DNA of 32,964 nucleotides from Vulcanimicrobiota bacterium (GTDB lineage Bacteria; Pseudomonadota; Alphaproteobacteria; Rhizobiales; Beijerinckiaceae): NCBI GenBank assembly GCA_964657815.1, contig CAZZWW010000001.1, positions 1 to 32,964 of the forward strand, read 5' to 3'. Shown piece by piece: positions 1 to 8,883 of this stretch (position 1 is its first letter; each line of letters starts with the position of its first letter). The notes under the pieces were generated by a model. It saw only the letters and a program-made list of their open reading frames with translations, ran no database searches and was not told where the DNA came from. The position numbers and the translations under genes were made by a program.

Positions 1-91
1 CCGCACTCTCCAACATAACGACCAGAAAGACCGCATAGTAGCCGTAGCCGGCGATGATGCCGGTCACGGTGTCGGGATTGAAGATGTGCAC
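1..91 (-). CDS. DedA family membrane protein, 5' fragment (runs off the left edge)
   Basis: Not in the ORF track. Minus strand from GTG at 91 reads (M)HIFNPDTVTGIIAGYGYYAVFLVVMLESA..., matching the typical DedA N-terminus (YGY..vf..v.lEs.G). Purine-rich SD-like GAGAAGGG just upstream. Confidence 0.75.
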   Translation of the reverse strand, partial: MHIFNPDTVTGIIAGYGYYAVFLVVMLESA

Positions 92-188
92 CGGCCGCCC
101 TTCTCTGGTTTCGCCCGGGCAACGCGCGATCTGGCAGGATGGTCACGCGTTGCCGACCGCGCCCTTGAACGAGCTGCTGTTTGCCGTG

Positions 189-1655
189 ATGAAGCACGAC
201 CGGCGCAACGCCGGTCGAGGCTTTCGATCCGTGCAGACGTTCGCCGACCTTTATGGCCATCTCCGCTTCACGGTGCTGCCGCCGCTTCACTTCGTGCTGG
301 CGGTCTGGGCGAGCGCGCACGCGCTGCTGCGCAAGCGCGACGTGGGGGCTGCGCTGGGCTGGATCGGCCTGATCTGGCTCGTGCCCATCGTCGGCGTCCT
401 GCTCTACGTGCTGCTCGGCATCAACCGCGTACAGCGTCGCGCCGAACAATTGCGCCGCCCGCAGCGCAACCGCGCCCGACCGAAGACCGACGTCGATCGG
501 GACACGAACGACGATCTCGAGGCGCTCCAGCGGGGCATCAGCCGCGTCTCGCGCCGCCCGCTGGAGACGGGGTCTCATTTCGTCATCTATCAGAACGGCG
601 ACGAAGCCTACCCGGCCATGCTCGACGCGATCGGGAAGGCGCAGAGGAGCATCGGGATCAGCAGCTTCATCTGGCGCACCGACGAAAGCGGCATGCGCTT
701 CATCGAGGCGCTGGCAGCGGCCAAGGTCCGCGGCGTTGACGTGCGCGCGATCATCGACGGCATCGGCGGCAATTGGGTTCTGTCCGAGGCCTATCACGCG
801 CTTCATCGCAGGGGCATACCGGTTGGACGCTTCCTGCACTCGCCGCTGCCCTGGCGCATGCCGATGGTCAACCTGCGCTCGCACAAGAAGATCCTCGTGA
901 TCGACGGCGCGGTCGCCTTCACCGGCGGCATGAACATCGCCGACGAGAATGTGATGCGCACCCATCCACGGCATCCCGTGCAGGACACGCATTTCAAGGT
1001 CGAGGGCCCGGTCGTGGCGCAACTCGTCGACGCCTTTTCCGACGACTGGGCTTTCGTCATGAAGCAGGAGATCGAGGGACCGGCCTGGTTTCGCCAGCTT
1101 GAGCCTGCCGGCCAAGCCAAGGCCCGGGTGATCACCTCGGGTCCCGACCAAGACCTCGAGAAGATAGAGTTCTGCGTCATGCAGGCGATCGCCTGCGCGC
1201 GCTCAAGCCTCTACGTCATGACGCCCTACTTCCTGCCCGACGAGCGGCTGCTCACGGCGCTGTCGCTCGCCGCCATGCGCGGCGTCGTCGTCCACGTGGT
1301 CATGCCGCGCCAGAGCAATCATCGCTTCGTCGATTGGGCGGCGCGGCAAAACATCGGCACGATGCTGAAGGACGGCGTCAACGTATGGCTCGGACCGCCG
1401 CCGTTTCGGCACACAAAGGTCATGGTGGTCGACGGCGAGTGGGCGCTCATCGGCAGTGCGAACTGGGACATGCGCTCGTTCCGACTCAACTTCGAGCTTT
1501 GCATGGAGATCTACGACGCCGCCATCGCGCAAACGCTGCAGCATTTCGTGTCAAGCCACCGTGGCGAGCCCCTGACCAACAAGGAGCTGAAGGCTCGCTC
1601 GCTGCCTGTGAGGCTGCGTGACGCCGCCGTACGGCTGGCGATGCCTTACCTCTAG
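189..1655 (+). CDS. cls: Cardiolipin synthase (phospholipase D family, ClsA-like)
   Basis: Two HKD motifs (NLRSHKKILVIDG, FRHTKVMVVDG), N-terminal hydrophobic PLDc_N-type segment (WIGLIWLVPIVGVLLYVLLG), TPYFLPD and GSANWDMRS. Start moved from 54 to ATG 189 (GTG 231 also possible) because 54 overlaps the divergent dedA start. Confidence 0.9.
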   Translation: MKHDRRNAGRGFRSVQTFADLYGHLRFTVLPPLHFVLAVWASAHALLRKRDVGAALGWIGLIWLVPIVGVLLYVLLGINRVQRRAEQLRRPQRNRARPKTDVDRDTNDDLEALQRGISRVSRRPLETGSHFVIYQNGDEAYPAMLDAIGKAQRSIGISSFIWRTDESGMRFIEALAAAKVRGVDVRAIIDGIGGNWVLSEAYHALHRRGIPVGRFLHSPLPWRMPMVNLRSHKKILVIDGAVAFTGGMNIADENVMRTHPRHPVQDTHFKVEGPVVAQLVDAFSDDWAFVMKQEIEGPAWFRQLEPAGQAKARVITSGPDQDLEKIEFCVMQAIACARSSLYVMTPYFLPDERLLTALSLAAMRGVVVHVVMPRQSNHRFVDWAARQNIGTMLKDGVNVWLGPPPFRHTKVMVVDGEWALIGSANWDMRSFRLNFELCMEIYDAAIAQTLQHFVSSHRGEPLTNKELKARSLPVRLRDAAVRLAMPYL

Positions 1656-1662
1656 GATTTCC

Positions 1663-3360
1663 TCAACGACCGCCGATGCGCCCCACCTTCGGCATCGCGG
1701 CGAGTTGGGCTTTCCCGAAGAGGTGCCCTTGCAGGTAGGTGATGCCCCAGTCCGTGAGGATGCAGGCCGTCTCCTCGTCCTCGACCCATTCCGCCACGGT
1801 CGGAATCTGCAGGTTGCGGGCAAGGTCGATCAGCGTGCGGATGAAGAAGCGATCATCCTGCGACGAAGCGAGGTTCTGGCAGAAGGCGCCGTCGATCTTC
1901 AGGAAATCGACCGGCAGCTGGCGCAACGTTTTAAAGGAGGAATGCCCGGAGCCGAAATCGTCGATGGCGAGCTTGACGCCTAGCGGTTTGATCGCGGCGA
2001 GCGTCACCCGCGTCGCGTCAATGTCGCCGATGGCGCACGTCTCCGTGACCTCGACCGTGAGGCGCCTCGCCGCGTCCGGCCGCAGGCGAGAGGCGGTTCG
2101 CAGGTGCTCGAACCAGCACGGGTCGGCGAGGCTCGCCGGCGACGCGTTGATCGACAGGCGCAGCTTACGATCAGCCGTCATAAGCGAGAAGGCGAGCTCG
2201 ATGACCCGGCGGTCGATTAGCGAGACCAGACCGTCCTTCTCGGCATTGGCGACGAGCGCGTCGGGCATCATCGGCGGCCCGTCGGGCCGCATGATGCGCA
2301 CGAGGCCCTCGTAGAAAGCGACGTTCCTGGTGCGGGCGTCGACCACCGGCTGCAGCGCCAGGGCGACACGCCCCTCGTTCAAAGCGAGCAGGATCTCGTC
2401 GGAGCTGCGGGCGGAGGGGCGCGAGGCGTTACGGCTCAGGCCGGGCTCGTAGCGCACGTAATCGGGACCTGTCGGTTGACGCGCCGCCTCGAGCGCCTCC
2501 TCGGCGAATTGAAGCAGCGCCTGCGGCGTGCGCCCGTGTGCCGGAGCGATGACTGCGCCGACCCGCGGCGAAAGCTTCGGCGAATCCGTCTCGGCCGAGG
2601 TGATGGCGGTGACGAGCCGCTCTGCCGCCGCCTTCGCCTGCACCTCGTTGCAGGCCTCGAGCAGCACGGCGAACTTGGTGCCGGCGTGCCGCGCGACGAC
2701 CTCGTGCGAGCGCATCTGGAGTCGCATGCGCGCTACGGCCTCAACGACCTGGGCTTCTGGGACCGGCTCGGACGAGCCGGCGAGATCGAGGCCGACGAGG
2801 AGCACGGCGAAGGTCGAATTCTTGCGCGCCGCTAGAGACAGCTGGCGGGCGAGGTGCTCGACGAAGAAGGCCCGGTTGAACACACCGGTGGCCGCGTCTC
2901 GTTGCGCAGACGCGCTCTGCTGACGCTCCGCTTCGAATCGCTCGGTGATGACGCGGATGATCCCGTGGACGCGCGAGGGGCGATCGCCGGCATCTGCGAA
3001 CCAGCGCCCGGTATCCTCGACCCATACCGGCGAGGATTGCGCGCGCTTGTGCTCGACGAGACCGTAGATCGCCTTGAACACCACACCGCCACCGGCATCG
3101 CAGCCACCCGGCACCATGATCGCCTCGTATCGTGACGAGGGGCTCTCCGTCGCGAGATGCTCGGCGAAGCCGAGGCCGGTCACGACCAAGTCGATCGGCG
3201 GGAGACCGGGGACGAGGGCATAGCTCGGCGACCACGTGATCTCGTCGCTGGCGAGATCCCAGTCGTACACTACCTCTGTCGGTGCGGAGAGGGAACGGTC
3301 CTCCGGAAACAGCGGGTCCGGCCTGAGGCCGGAGCCGAAGGCGTTGCTCGAAACCTGCAC
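1663..3360 (-). CDS. c-di-GMP phosphodiesterase: PAS-like region, degenerate GGDEF domain and EAL domain
   Basis: EAL-domain motifs EGLVR, SINAS, EVTE, IDDFGSGHSS, KIDG, EWVE and QGHLFGK. The GGDEF-like region begins DAATGVFNR but its signature is replaced by HAGTKFAVLL. GTG start with GGAG upstream. Confidence 0.85.
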   Translation of the reverse strand: MQVSSNAFGSGLRPDPLFPEDRSLSAPTEVVYDWDLASDEITWSPSYALVPGLPPIDLVVTGLGFAEHLATESPSSRYEAIMVPGGCDAGGGVVFKAIYGLVEHKRAQSSPVWVEDTGRWFADAGDRPSRVHGIIRVITERFEAERQQSASAQRDAATGVFNRAFFVEHLARQLSLAARKNSTFAVLLVGLDLAGSSEPVPEAQVVEAVARMRLQMRSHEVVARHAGTKFAVLLEACNEVQAKAAAERLVTAITSAETDSPKLSPRVGAVIAPAHGRTPQALLQFAEEALEAARQPTGPDYVRYEPGLSRNASRPSARSSDEILLALNEGRVALALQPVVDARTRNVAFYEGLVRIMRPDGPPMMPDALVANAEKDGLVSLIDRRVIELAFSLMTADRKLRLSINASPASLADPCWFEHLRTASRLRPDAARRLTVEVTETCAIGDIDATRVTLAAIKPLGVKLAIDDFGSGHSSFKTLRQLPVDFLKIDGAFCQNLASSQDDRFFIRTLIDLARNLQIPTVAEWVEDEETACILTDWGITYLQGHLFGKAQLAAMPKVGRIGGR

Positions 3361-3416
3361 CCTGGTCTCCGTGGCGCGACGCTGCCGACGCAGCCGTATG
3401 CAAGGTAGTGCGGCCT

Positions 3417-3435
3417 CCCTAACAATCCTTTAGGG
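3417..3435. promoter_or_regulatory. Perfect inverted repeat CCCTAA-N7-TTAGGG (CtrA-like operator or small hairpin)
   Basis: CCCTAA CAATCCT TTAGGG seen directly between the gloB stop and the EAL gene start. It resembles the CtrA box TTAA-N7-TTAA with one mismatch per half-site. Confidence 0.35.
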
Positions 3436-3455
3436 TGACCGCCGATGCCATAGGG

Positions 3456-4226
3456 TCAACCTCGGTTCTTGCGTTCGCGCAGAGCGGCAAAGACGTTTTC
3501 GCCATCGGCATCCGCCATGCCCATCGCCGCCTTCAAGTCGGGCTCGTCCGCCCGCAGGAACGGATTCGTGGCCCGCTCGATCGAGATCGTCGTAGGCAAC
3601 GTGGGCTCTCCCTTGGCCCGCAGTGCCTCGATCGCCGCCGCGCGTTCGACCAGCAAGTCGTTGCCGCCGTCGATGCCTACCGCAAATCTCGCGTTGGACT
3701 GAGTATACTCGTGCCCGGCATAAACCTCGACCGAGCCGGGCAGCCGGGCCAGCTTCATGAGCGAATGATAGAGCACGCTCGGCGGCTCCTCGAAAGGTCG
3801 ACCGCAGCCGAGCGCGAACAACGTGTCGCCGGCAAAGAGCAGGTCTTCCGCCTCGAACCAATAAACGATGTGCCCGCTGGTGTGGCCGGGGGTCTCCAGC
3901 ACTTTCGCCTTCAGCGATCCTACCTTGACGTAGTCACCTTCGCCGAGCGCAAGGTCGAGCTTGCCGATTTTCCCCTCCTCCTTGGCCGGCCCCACGATCC
4001 GGGCGTTCGGATAGCGCTTCTTCACCTCGGGGATACCCTGGGTGTGATCGGCATGGTGGTGCGTGACCAGGATATCGGTGAGCTCCCACCCCTTCTCTTC
4101 CAGCGCTTTCAGGACCGGCGCCGCTTCAGGCACGTCGATCGACGCCGTCGCCCCTGCGTCGGGATCGTGGAGCAGCACGCCGTAATTGTCGCTGAGACAG
4201 AGGAACTGATGGACGTGGGCGGGCAT
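3456..4226 (-). CDS. gloB: Hydroxyacylglutathione hydrolase (glyoxalase II)
   Basis: Metallo-beta-lactamase motifs THHHADH, TPGHTSGH, GDTLF..GCGR, GHEYT and ERATNPFLR. ATG at 4226 preceded by AGGAG. Confidence 0.93.
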   Translation of the reverse strand: MPAHVHQFLCLSDNYGVLLHDPDAGATASIDVPEAAPVLKALEEKGWELTDILVTHHHADHTQGIPEVKKRYPNARIVGPAKEEGKIGKLDLALGEGDYVKVGSLKAKVLETPGHTSGHIVYWFEAEDLLFAGDTLFALGCGRPFEEPPSVLYHSLMKLARLPGSVEVYAGHEYTQSNARFAVGIDGGNDLLVERAAAIEALRAKGEPTLPTTISIERATNPFLRADEPDLKAAMGMADADGENVFAALRERKNRG

Positions 4227-4327
4227 GCGGCGGAACTCCTGGACACGAAAGGCGTCCGCTAACGATACGGTCACGGCCGAGGTTGCCGCAGGTGCAAGGC
4301 GGCGGCGGTTGTGGCAAACTCCAAGTC

Positions 4328-5092
4328 ATGGCTCTCGACGTCGTCGACCTGCGCACCTTCTACGCCACGCCTCTCGGCGCCATGGCCAAGCGCCTGATCG
4401 GTCGTCTTGTACGCGAGCGCCTCGCCTCCTGTTGCGGCACGTCGGTGCTCGGCATCGGCTACGCCGCGCCGTTCCTCGACGTATACCGCGACGAGGCGGT
4501 GCGAGTGCTGGCCTTCATGCCGGCCGAGCAGGGCGTCGTGAACTGGCCGGCCGCCGGCCGTTCGGCCTCGGCGCTGGTCGACACCGGCACCCTGCCCCTG
4601 CCCGACAGCTGCATCGACCGTGTCCTGCTGATCCATGCCCTCGAGATCACCGAGCATCCCCGCGACCTCCTCGCCGAGGTCTGGCGCGTGCTGACACCGG
4701 GTGGTCGCGTCGTCGCGGTGACGCCGAGCCGTGCTGGGCTGTGGGCGCGGGTGGATTCGACGCCGTTCGGGCACGGCCAGCCCTATTCTCGCTCGCAGCT
4801 GCGCGACCTGATGCGCGAGACCTTGTTCTCGCCGACCCACTGGACGGAGGCGCTCTACATGCCGCCGATCGGCCGCCAGCTCTTCCTGCGCTCGGCGCCG
4901 GCGTTCGAGAAGATCGGCGCGCAGCTCGCCCTGCCTGGAGCCGGCGTACTTGTGGTCGAGGCGCAAAAGCAGCTCTACCGGCCGATCCTTCGGCGCCAGC
5001 TTTCGCGGAGCATGGCGCCGGCGTTACAGCCGGTGCTGGTGCCGCTTCCCGTCGGCGCCGTGGCGCGCGAGGGCACCGTTGAAGAGCCCTGA
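4328..5092 (+). CDS. Class I SAM-dependent methyltransferase (YafS-like), divergent from gloB
   Basis: MALDVVDLRTFY start, VLGIGYAAPFL, LPLPDSCIDRVLLIHALE and EVWRVLTPGGR. This family is commonly found divergent from gloB. Confidence 0.85.
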   Translation: MALDVVDLRTFYATPLGAMAKRLIGRLVRERLASCCGTSVLGIGYAAPFLDVYRDEAVRVLAFMPAEQGVVNWPAAGRSASALVDTGTLPLPDSCIDRVLLIHALEITEHPRDLLAEVWRVLTPGGRVVAVTPSRAGLWARVDSTPFGHGQPYSRSQLRDLMRETLFSPTHWTEALYMPPIGRQLFLRSAPAFEKIGAQLALPGAGVLVVEAQKQLYRPILRRQLSRSMAPALQPVLVPLPVGAVAREGTVEEP

Positions 5093-5143
5093 GGCGCTAC
5101 CCATGTCTCTCGTCGGCCGAGCTTTCGGCCGGAGATCATCATC

Positions 5144-5536
5144 ATGACCGCGACTGCTACGGGTTTCGCCGGCCGCTATGAGCCGGCCAGCGATATCGAC
5201 GTCGCCGCCACCATGAAGCGGCTGCGCTGGCTCGCCAACTTCCTCGACACCGCCGTTCGGCTGCCCGGCGGCTTCCGCTTCGGTGCAGACTCCATCATCG
5301 GCCTGGCGCCAGGTGTGGGCGATCTCGCGACGGCGGGCATCGCTTGCTATTTCGTTTACGAGGGCAAGCGACTCGGCCTGCCGAAACGCGCGTTGGCCGC
5401 AATGGCCGGGAACGTCGCGCTGGACCTGGTTCTCGGTATCACGCCGGTCCTCGGCGATCTTGCCGACACGTGGTTCAAGGCCAACGTCCGCAACCTCGCC
5501 ATCATCGAGAAGCACGTCGGCCGCCAGCAGATCTGA
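5144..5536 (+). CDS. DUF4112 domain membrane protein
   Basis: LDTAVRLPGGFRFGADSIIGLAPGVGD and D..LGITPVLGDLAD..FKAN.RN are characteristic of DUF4112. Confidence 0.8.
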   Translation: MTATATGFAGRYEPASDIDVAATMKRLRWLANFLDTAVRLPGGFRFGADSIIGLAPGVGDLATAGIACYFVYEGKRLGLPKRALAAMAGNVALDLVLGITPVLGDLADTWFKANVRNLAIIEKHVGRQQI

Positions 5537-5650
5537 TCGGGCTGCGACGATCGGGAGGCGCTTGGGGAAGACGGCGCGATTGCGCGGCCTTGCCTCTGGA
5601 CGTAAACGTGAGGCATGCCTGCGAATAACCCGCGTCTCGCCCGCTCATGG

Positions 5651-6421
5651 ATGTCCTGGTTGGGCGGCCTTGCTAGCCCGACCAAGGTTCTGCGGTTGGC
5701 CAGCGTTCTCGTGCCCGGGCTGGCGGGTGTTACCGTTTTGCTCTTCGCGGTGGGGCTGACATTTGCCTACCTCGGCCCCGACGACTATCAGCAGGGCCGC
5801 ACCGTTATGATCATGTACCTCCACGTGCCGGCAGCTTGGCTCGCCATGATGGTCTACATGGTCATGACCGCCGCAGCGCTCGGCACCCTGGTCTGGCGCC
5901 ATCCCGTGGCCGACGCTGCGCAGAAGGCCGCCGCACCGCTCGGGGCTGGCTTCACCTTCATTTGCCTCACCACCGGCTCGCTCTGGGGCAAGCCGATGTG
6001 GGGCACGTGGTGGGTGTGGGACGCGCGGCTCACCTCCGTGCTCATCCTTTTCTTGATCTATCTAGGCCTTGTCGCGATCTGGCAGGTGTTCGAGGACCCG
6101 GGCCGCGCCGCCAAGGCCGCCGCGATCTTCACGCTGACCGCCGTCGTCATTATCCCCATCATCCACTTCTCGGTGCAATGGTGGAACACGCTGCACCAAG
6201 CGGCATCCTTTGGCCTCAACGGTTCGGCCGTGGCCAAGCCGATGCTGTGGCCACTCTTCACCATGGTGCTGGCGTTCACGACGCTGTTTTTCACCCTGCA
6301 CCTCGCGTCGATCCGCAACGAGATCCTGCGCCGCCGCCTGCGCCGCCTGTCGATCCTCGAAGCGAGCAGCGCGGAGCGCAACGAGCCGTCCTTCGGCTCC
6401 TCGGTGGGCTCGCCGGTCTGA
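5651..6421 (+). CDS. ccmC: Heme exporter protein C (cytochrome c maturation)
   Basis: Tryptophan-rich WWD motif WGKPMWGTWWVWDARLT, plus YLHVPAAW and WWNTLHQ, and several TM helices. Start at ATG 5651 preferred over 5615. Confidence 0.95.
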   Translation: MSWLGGLASPTKVLRLASVLVPGLAGVTVLLFAVGLTFAYLGPDDYQQGRTVMIMYLHVPAAWLAMMVYMVMTAAALGTLVWRHPVADAAQKAAAPLGAGFTFICLTTGSLWGKPMWGTWWVWDARLTSVLILFLIYLGLVAIWQVFEDPGRAAKAAAIFTLTAVVIIPIIHFSVQWWNTLHQAASFGLNGSAVAKPMLWPLFTMVLAFTTLFFTLHLASIRNEILRRRLRRLSILEASSAERNEPSFGSSVGSPV

Positions 6422-6425
6422 TCGC

Positions 6426-6578
6426 ATGGAGCACGATCCCCATACCGGCTTCATCGTCGCCGCCTACGTCATCTCGGCGGCCGTGATCGCCTCGATGATC
6501 GTCGTCATCGTCTCCGATGGTCGCACGCTGCGCCGCAGTCTGTCGCGCTTCGGCACGCGAGGCCTCGATCGCGAGTGA
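6426..6578 (+). CDS. ccmD: Heme exporter protein D
   Basis: 50 aa MEHDPHTGFIVAAYVISAAVIASMIVVIVSDGRTLRRSLSRFG..., with FI.AAY, a single TM helix and a basic tail. Lies between ccmC and ccmG, and its stop overlaps the ccmG GTG. Confidence 0.85.
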   Translation: MEHDPHTGFIVAAYVISAAVIASMIVVIVSDGRTLRRSLSRFGTRGLDRE

Positions 6579-7168
6579 ACGAGACCGAAGACGAGGTGGG
6601 ACTGGAAGCGTCCGAGCAGCGCCGCGCTTGGCTTGTCTTCGTGCCGCTCGCTTTTTTCGCGATTGTCGTCGTGCTGTTCGTGCTTCGCCTTGGCGCCGGG
6701 GACGCCTCGCGGCTGCCTTCCGCCCTGATCGGCAAGCCTGTGCCGGCCTTCGCTCTGGGTCCGGTCGACGGACTCGGCAAGCCCGGCCTCGCGGCTGCCG
6801 ACCTCAAGTCTGGCAAGGTCACCGTCGTCAATGTGTTCGCGTCCTGGTGCGGCCCCTGCCGTGAGGAGGCGCCGGCGCTTCTGCAGCTCTCCCAGCAAGG
6901 CCTTCCTCTCGTCGGGATCGCCTACAAGGACAAGCCGGAGAACACCCGCCGCTTTCTCGCCAACGACGGCGACCCGTTCAAGGCGATCGGCGCAGACTCG
7001 ACCGGACGCACCGGCATCGACTTCGGCGTGTACGGTGTCCCCGAAACCTACGTCGTAGACGGCAGCGGCACTATCACAGCCAAGATCGTCGGGCCGCTGA
7101 CGGACGACGCGATCCGCAAGGAGCTGCTGCCGGCAGTGGCCCGAGCTGAGCTTGCCGCGAAGCGCTGA
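6575..7168 (+). CDS. ccmG: Thiol:disulfide interchange protein CcmG/DsbE
   Basis: N-terminal TM anchor, LPSALIGKPVP, NVFASWCGPC (CxxC), AYKD and GVYGVPETY. Confidence 0.92.
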   Translation: MNETEDEVGLEASEQRRAWLVFVPLAFFAIVVVLFVLRLGAGDASRLPSALIGKPVPAFALGPVDGLGKPGLAAADLKSGKVTVVNVFASWCGPCREEAPALLQLSQQGLPLVGIAYKDKPENTRRFLANDGDPFKAIGADSTGRTGIDFGVYGVPETYVVDGSGTITAKIVGPLTDDAIRKELLPAVARAELAAKR

Positions 7169-7172
7169 GCTT

Positions 7173-7913
7173 CTACGCGCGGCGGCCCAGGTGCTGCCCG
7201 GCGTCGACCGCCAGGAATTGTCCGGTGACCGATAGCGCCTCGGCGAGGTAGAGCACTGCCGACGCGACCTCGTCCAGAGCCACCGCGTGGCGCAGCGGCA
7301 CAGCCGCCACTTCACTGGCGAAACCTTCTTGCCCCTCGACGATGTTCGGCAGCACAGGGCCCGGCCCGATGGCGTTAACGCGTACGCCCTTCGCAGCGAA
7401 GGCCTGCGCCATGATCTGCGTGGCGCTCCACAGCGCCGATTTCGCCAGCGTGTAGGAGAAGAAGTTCGCGTCGGGGCGAAGGATGCGCTGATCGATCAGG
7501 TTGACCACGCAAGAGTCGTCGCTCCCGCTGCATTGCGCGTGTAAGGCCGATGCGAGGAGCACCGGCGCTCTTAGGTTCACCGCTATGTGGCGCTCCAGGA
7601 GGGCGACATCGAGGACATCGGCCGTATCGGCCTCGAAAATCGCCGCGTTGTTCACCAAAAGCCGCAGCCGATCGCTCTTGCTCGCCCGTGTGACAAGATC
7701 GGCGCAATTCGCTGGATCGGCCAGATCGGCGCCGAGCGCGCTGGCGGGATATCCCGACGCAGTGAGCGCCTCCGCTTCCGCCTCCGCGCGAGGCAGCGAG
7801 CGCGGGCTGGCGTGAAGGACGACGGCGTAGCCTGCACGCCCAAGGCGTTGCGCGATCGCGAGCCCGATGCGGGCCGAGGCCCCCGTGACCAGCGCCGCGC
7901 CCTTGCTGCTCAT
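7173..7913 (-). CDS. Short-chain dehydrogenase/reductase (pteridine reductase-like)
   Basis: Rossmann motif VTGASARIG, LVNNAA, catalytic YTLAK (YxxxK), RVNAIGPGPVL and VTGQFLAVDAG. Confidence 0.88.
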   Translation of the reverse strand: MSSKGAALVTGASARIGLAIAQRLGRAGYAVVLHASPRSLPRAEAEAEALTASGYPASALGADLADPANCADLVTRASKSDRLRLLVNNAAIFEADTADVLDVALLERHIAVNLRAPVLLASALHAQCSGSDDSCVVNLIDQRILRPDANFFSYTLAKSALWSATQIMAQAFAAKGVRVNAIGPGPVLPNIVEGQEGFASEVAAVPLRHAVALDEVASAVLYLAEALSVTGQFLAVDAGQHLGRRA

Positions 7914-8040
7914 CGCCGGCCTGCCCTTTCATGTCGATCACGCCAACCTCTTACCCCGCCACCAAGGCGGAAACCAAGCGTTCACCAAGACACATTGTGC
8001 GCGACGCTTGTTGCAAAGTTTTCAGTCTCGCTAGACTTGC

Positions 8041-8056
8041 AAATATCACGATATTT
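8041..8056. promoter_or_regulatory. Perfect palindrome AAATATC-AC-GATATTT in the AT-rich divergent SDR/omp promoter
   Basis: Seen directly in an AT-rich intergenic region (7914-8194) of otherwise GC-rich DNA. Confidence 0.35.
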
Positions 8057-8194
8057 TTCGACGAGTAAGTAAACAGCGTAAAATGAAGCATGACATTCCG
8101 GAATTCAGAGGTTGTAAAGGATAACGGCTCAACTTTTAATAACCAAGGCGACGTATCTGAGGATGCATACGGCACCCCCGGCCCGGAGATTCCC

Positions 8195-8878
8195 ATGACG
8201 CGCCTTCGCCTTCTCGCCTGCACCTTCGGCCTCGTGGCCAGCACGACGTCGGTCTTCGCGGCCGACCTGCCGTCACGCTACGCGCCGGCGCCCTACTACG
8301 ATGCCGCGCCAATCTTCACCTGGGGCGGCGTCTACGCCGGCATCAATGGTCAGCTCGGCATCGGGAGCTTCACCCAGGGCGGCAACCAAGTATTCGGGTC
8401 GGCCCTCGGTGGCCTCGGCGGCGCGACGCTCGGCTACAACTATCAGCAAGGCCAACTGCTGGTCGGCGCCGAGGCCGATGCTGAGTTCGGCTCGATCTCG
8501 GGCCATGGAAACTTCGGCCGCGCCACCAGCGGCTCGGGCGTGATGAACGGACTAGGCACCATCCGCGCCCGCGTCGGCTACATCTGGAATCAGCGTCTGC
8601 TGATCTACGCCACCGGCGGCTACGCAGGCACCGTCCTCAACGGCAAGATCTCGGACTACGCCTTCTCGCCGAACTACGTGCTCAACGAGGGGCACTACCT
8701 CAACGGCTACGCCGTCGGCGCTGGTGTGGAATACGCGCTGACCACCAAGATCTCGATCAAGGGCGAGTACCTCTTCACCGGCTTCGGCGCGCATCAGTAC
8801 TTCGCGGGCACCCGCGACACCGTGGCCTCCGGCGCCAACATCAGCCTGATCCGCGCCGGTCTGAACTACCACTTTTAG
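8195..8878 (+). CDS. Outer membrane beta-barrel protein, Omp25/RopB family
   Basis: Signal peptide ending at FA-ADLPS, FTWGGVYAGINGQ, TIRARVGY, GAGVEYA, KGEYL and C-terminal RAGLNYHF ending in Phe. GGAG before ATG 8195. Confidence 0.9.
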   Translation: MTRLRLLACTFGLVASTTSVFAADLPSRYAPAPYYDAAPIFTWGGVYAGINGQLGIGSFTQGGNQVFGSALGGLGGATLGYNYQQGQLLVGAEADAEFGSISGHGNFGRATSGSGVMNGLGTIRARVGYIWNQRLLIYATGGYAGTVLNGKISDYAFSPNYVLNEGHYLNGYAVGAGVEYALTTKISIKGEYLFTGFGAHQYFAGTRDTVASGANISLIRAGLNYHF

Positions 8879-8883
8879 GCGGA

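Noticed and set aside
54-188. N-terminal extension of cls in the ORF track
   Set aside because: It overlaps the divergent dedA-like start and does not look like Cls sequence; ATG 189 or GTG 231 is more plausible.
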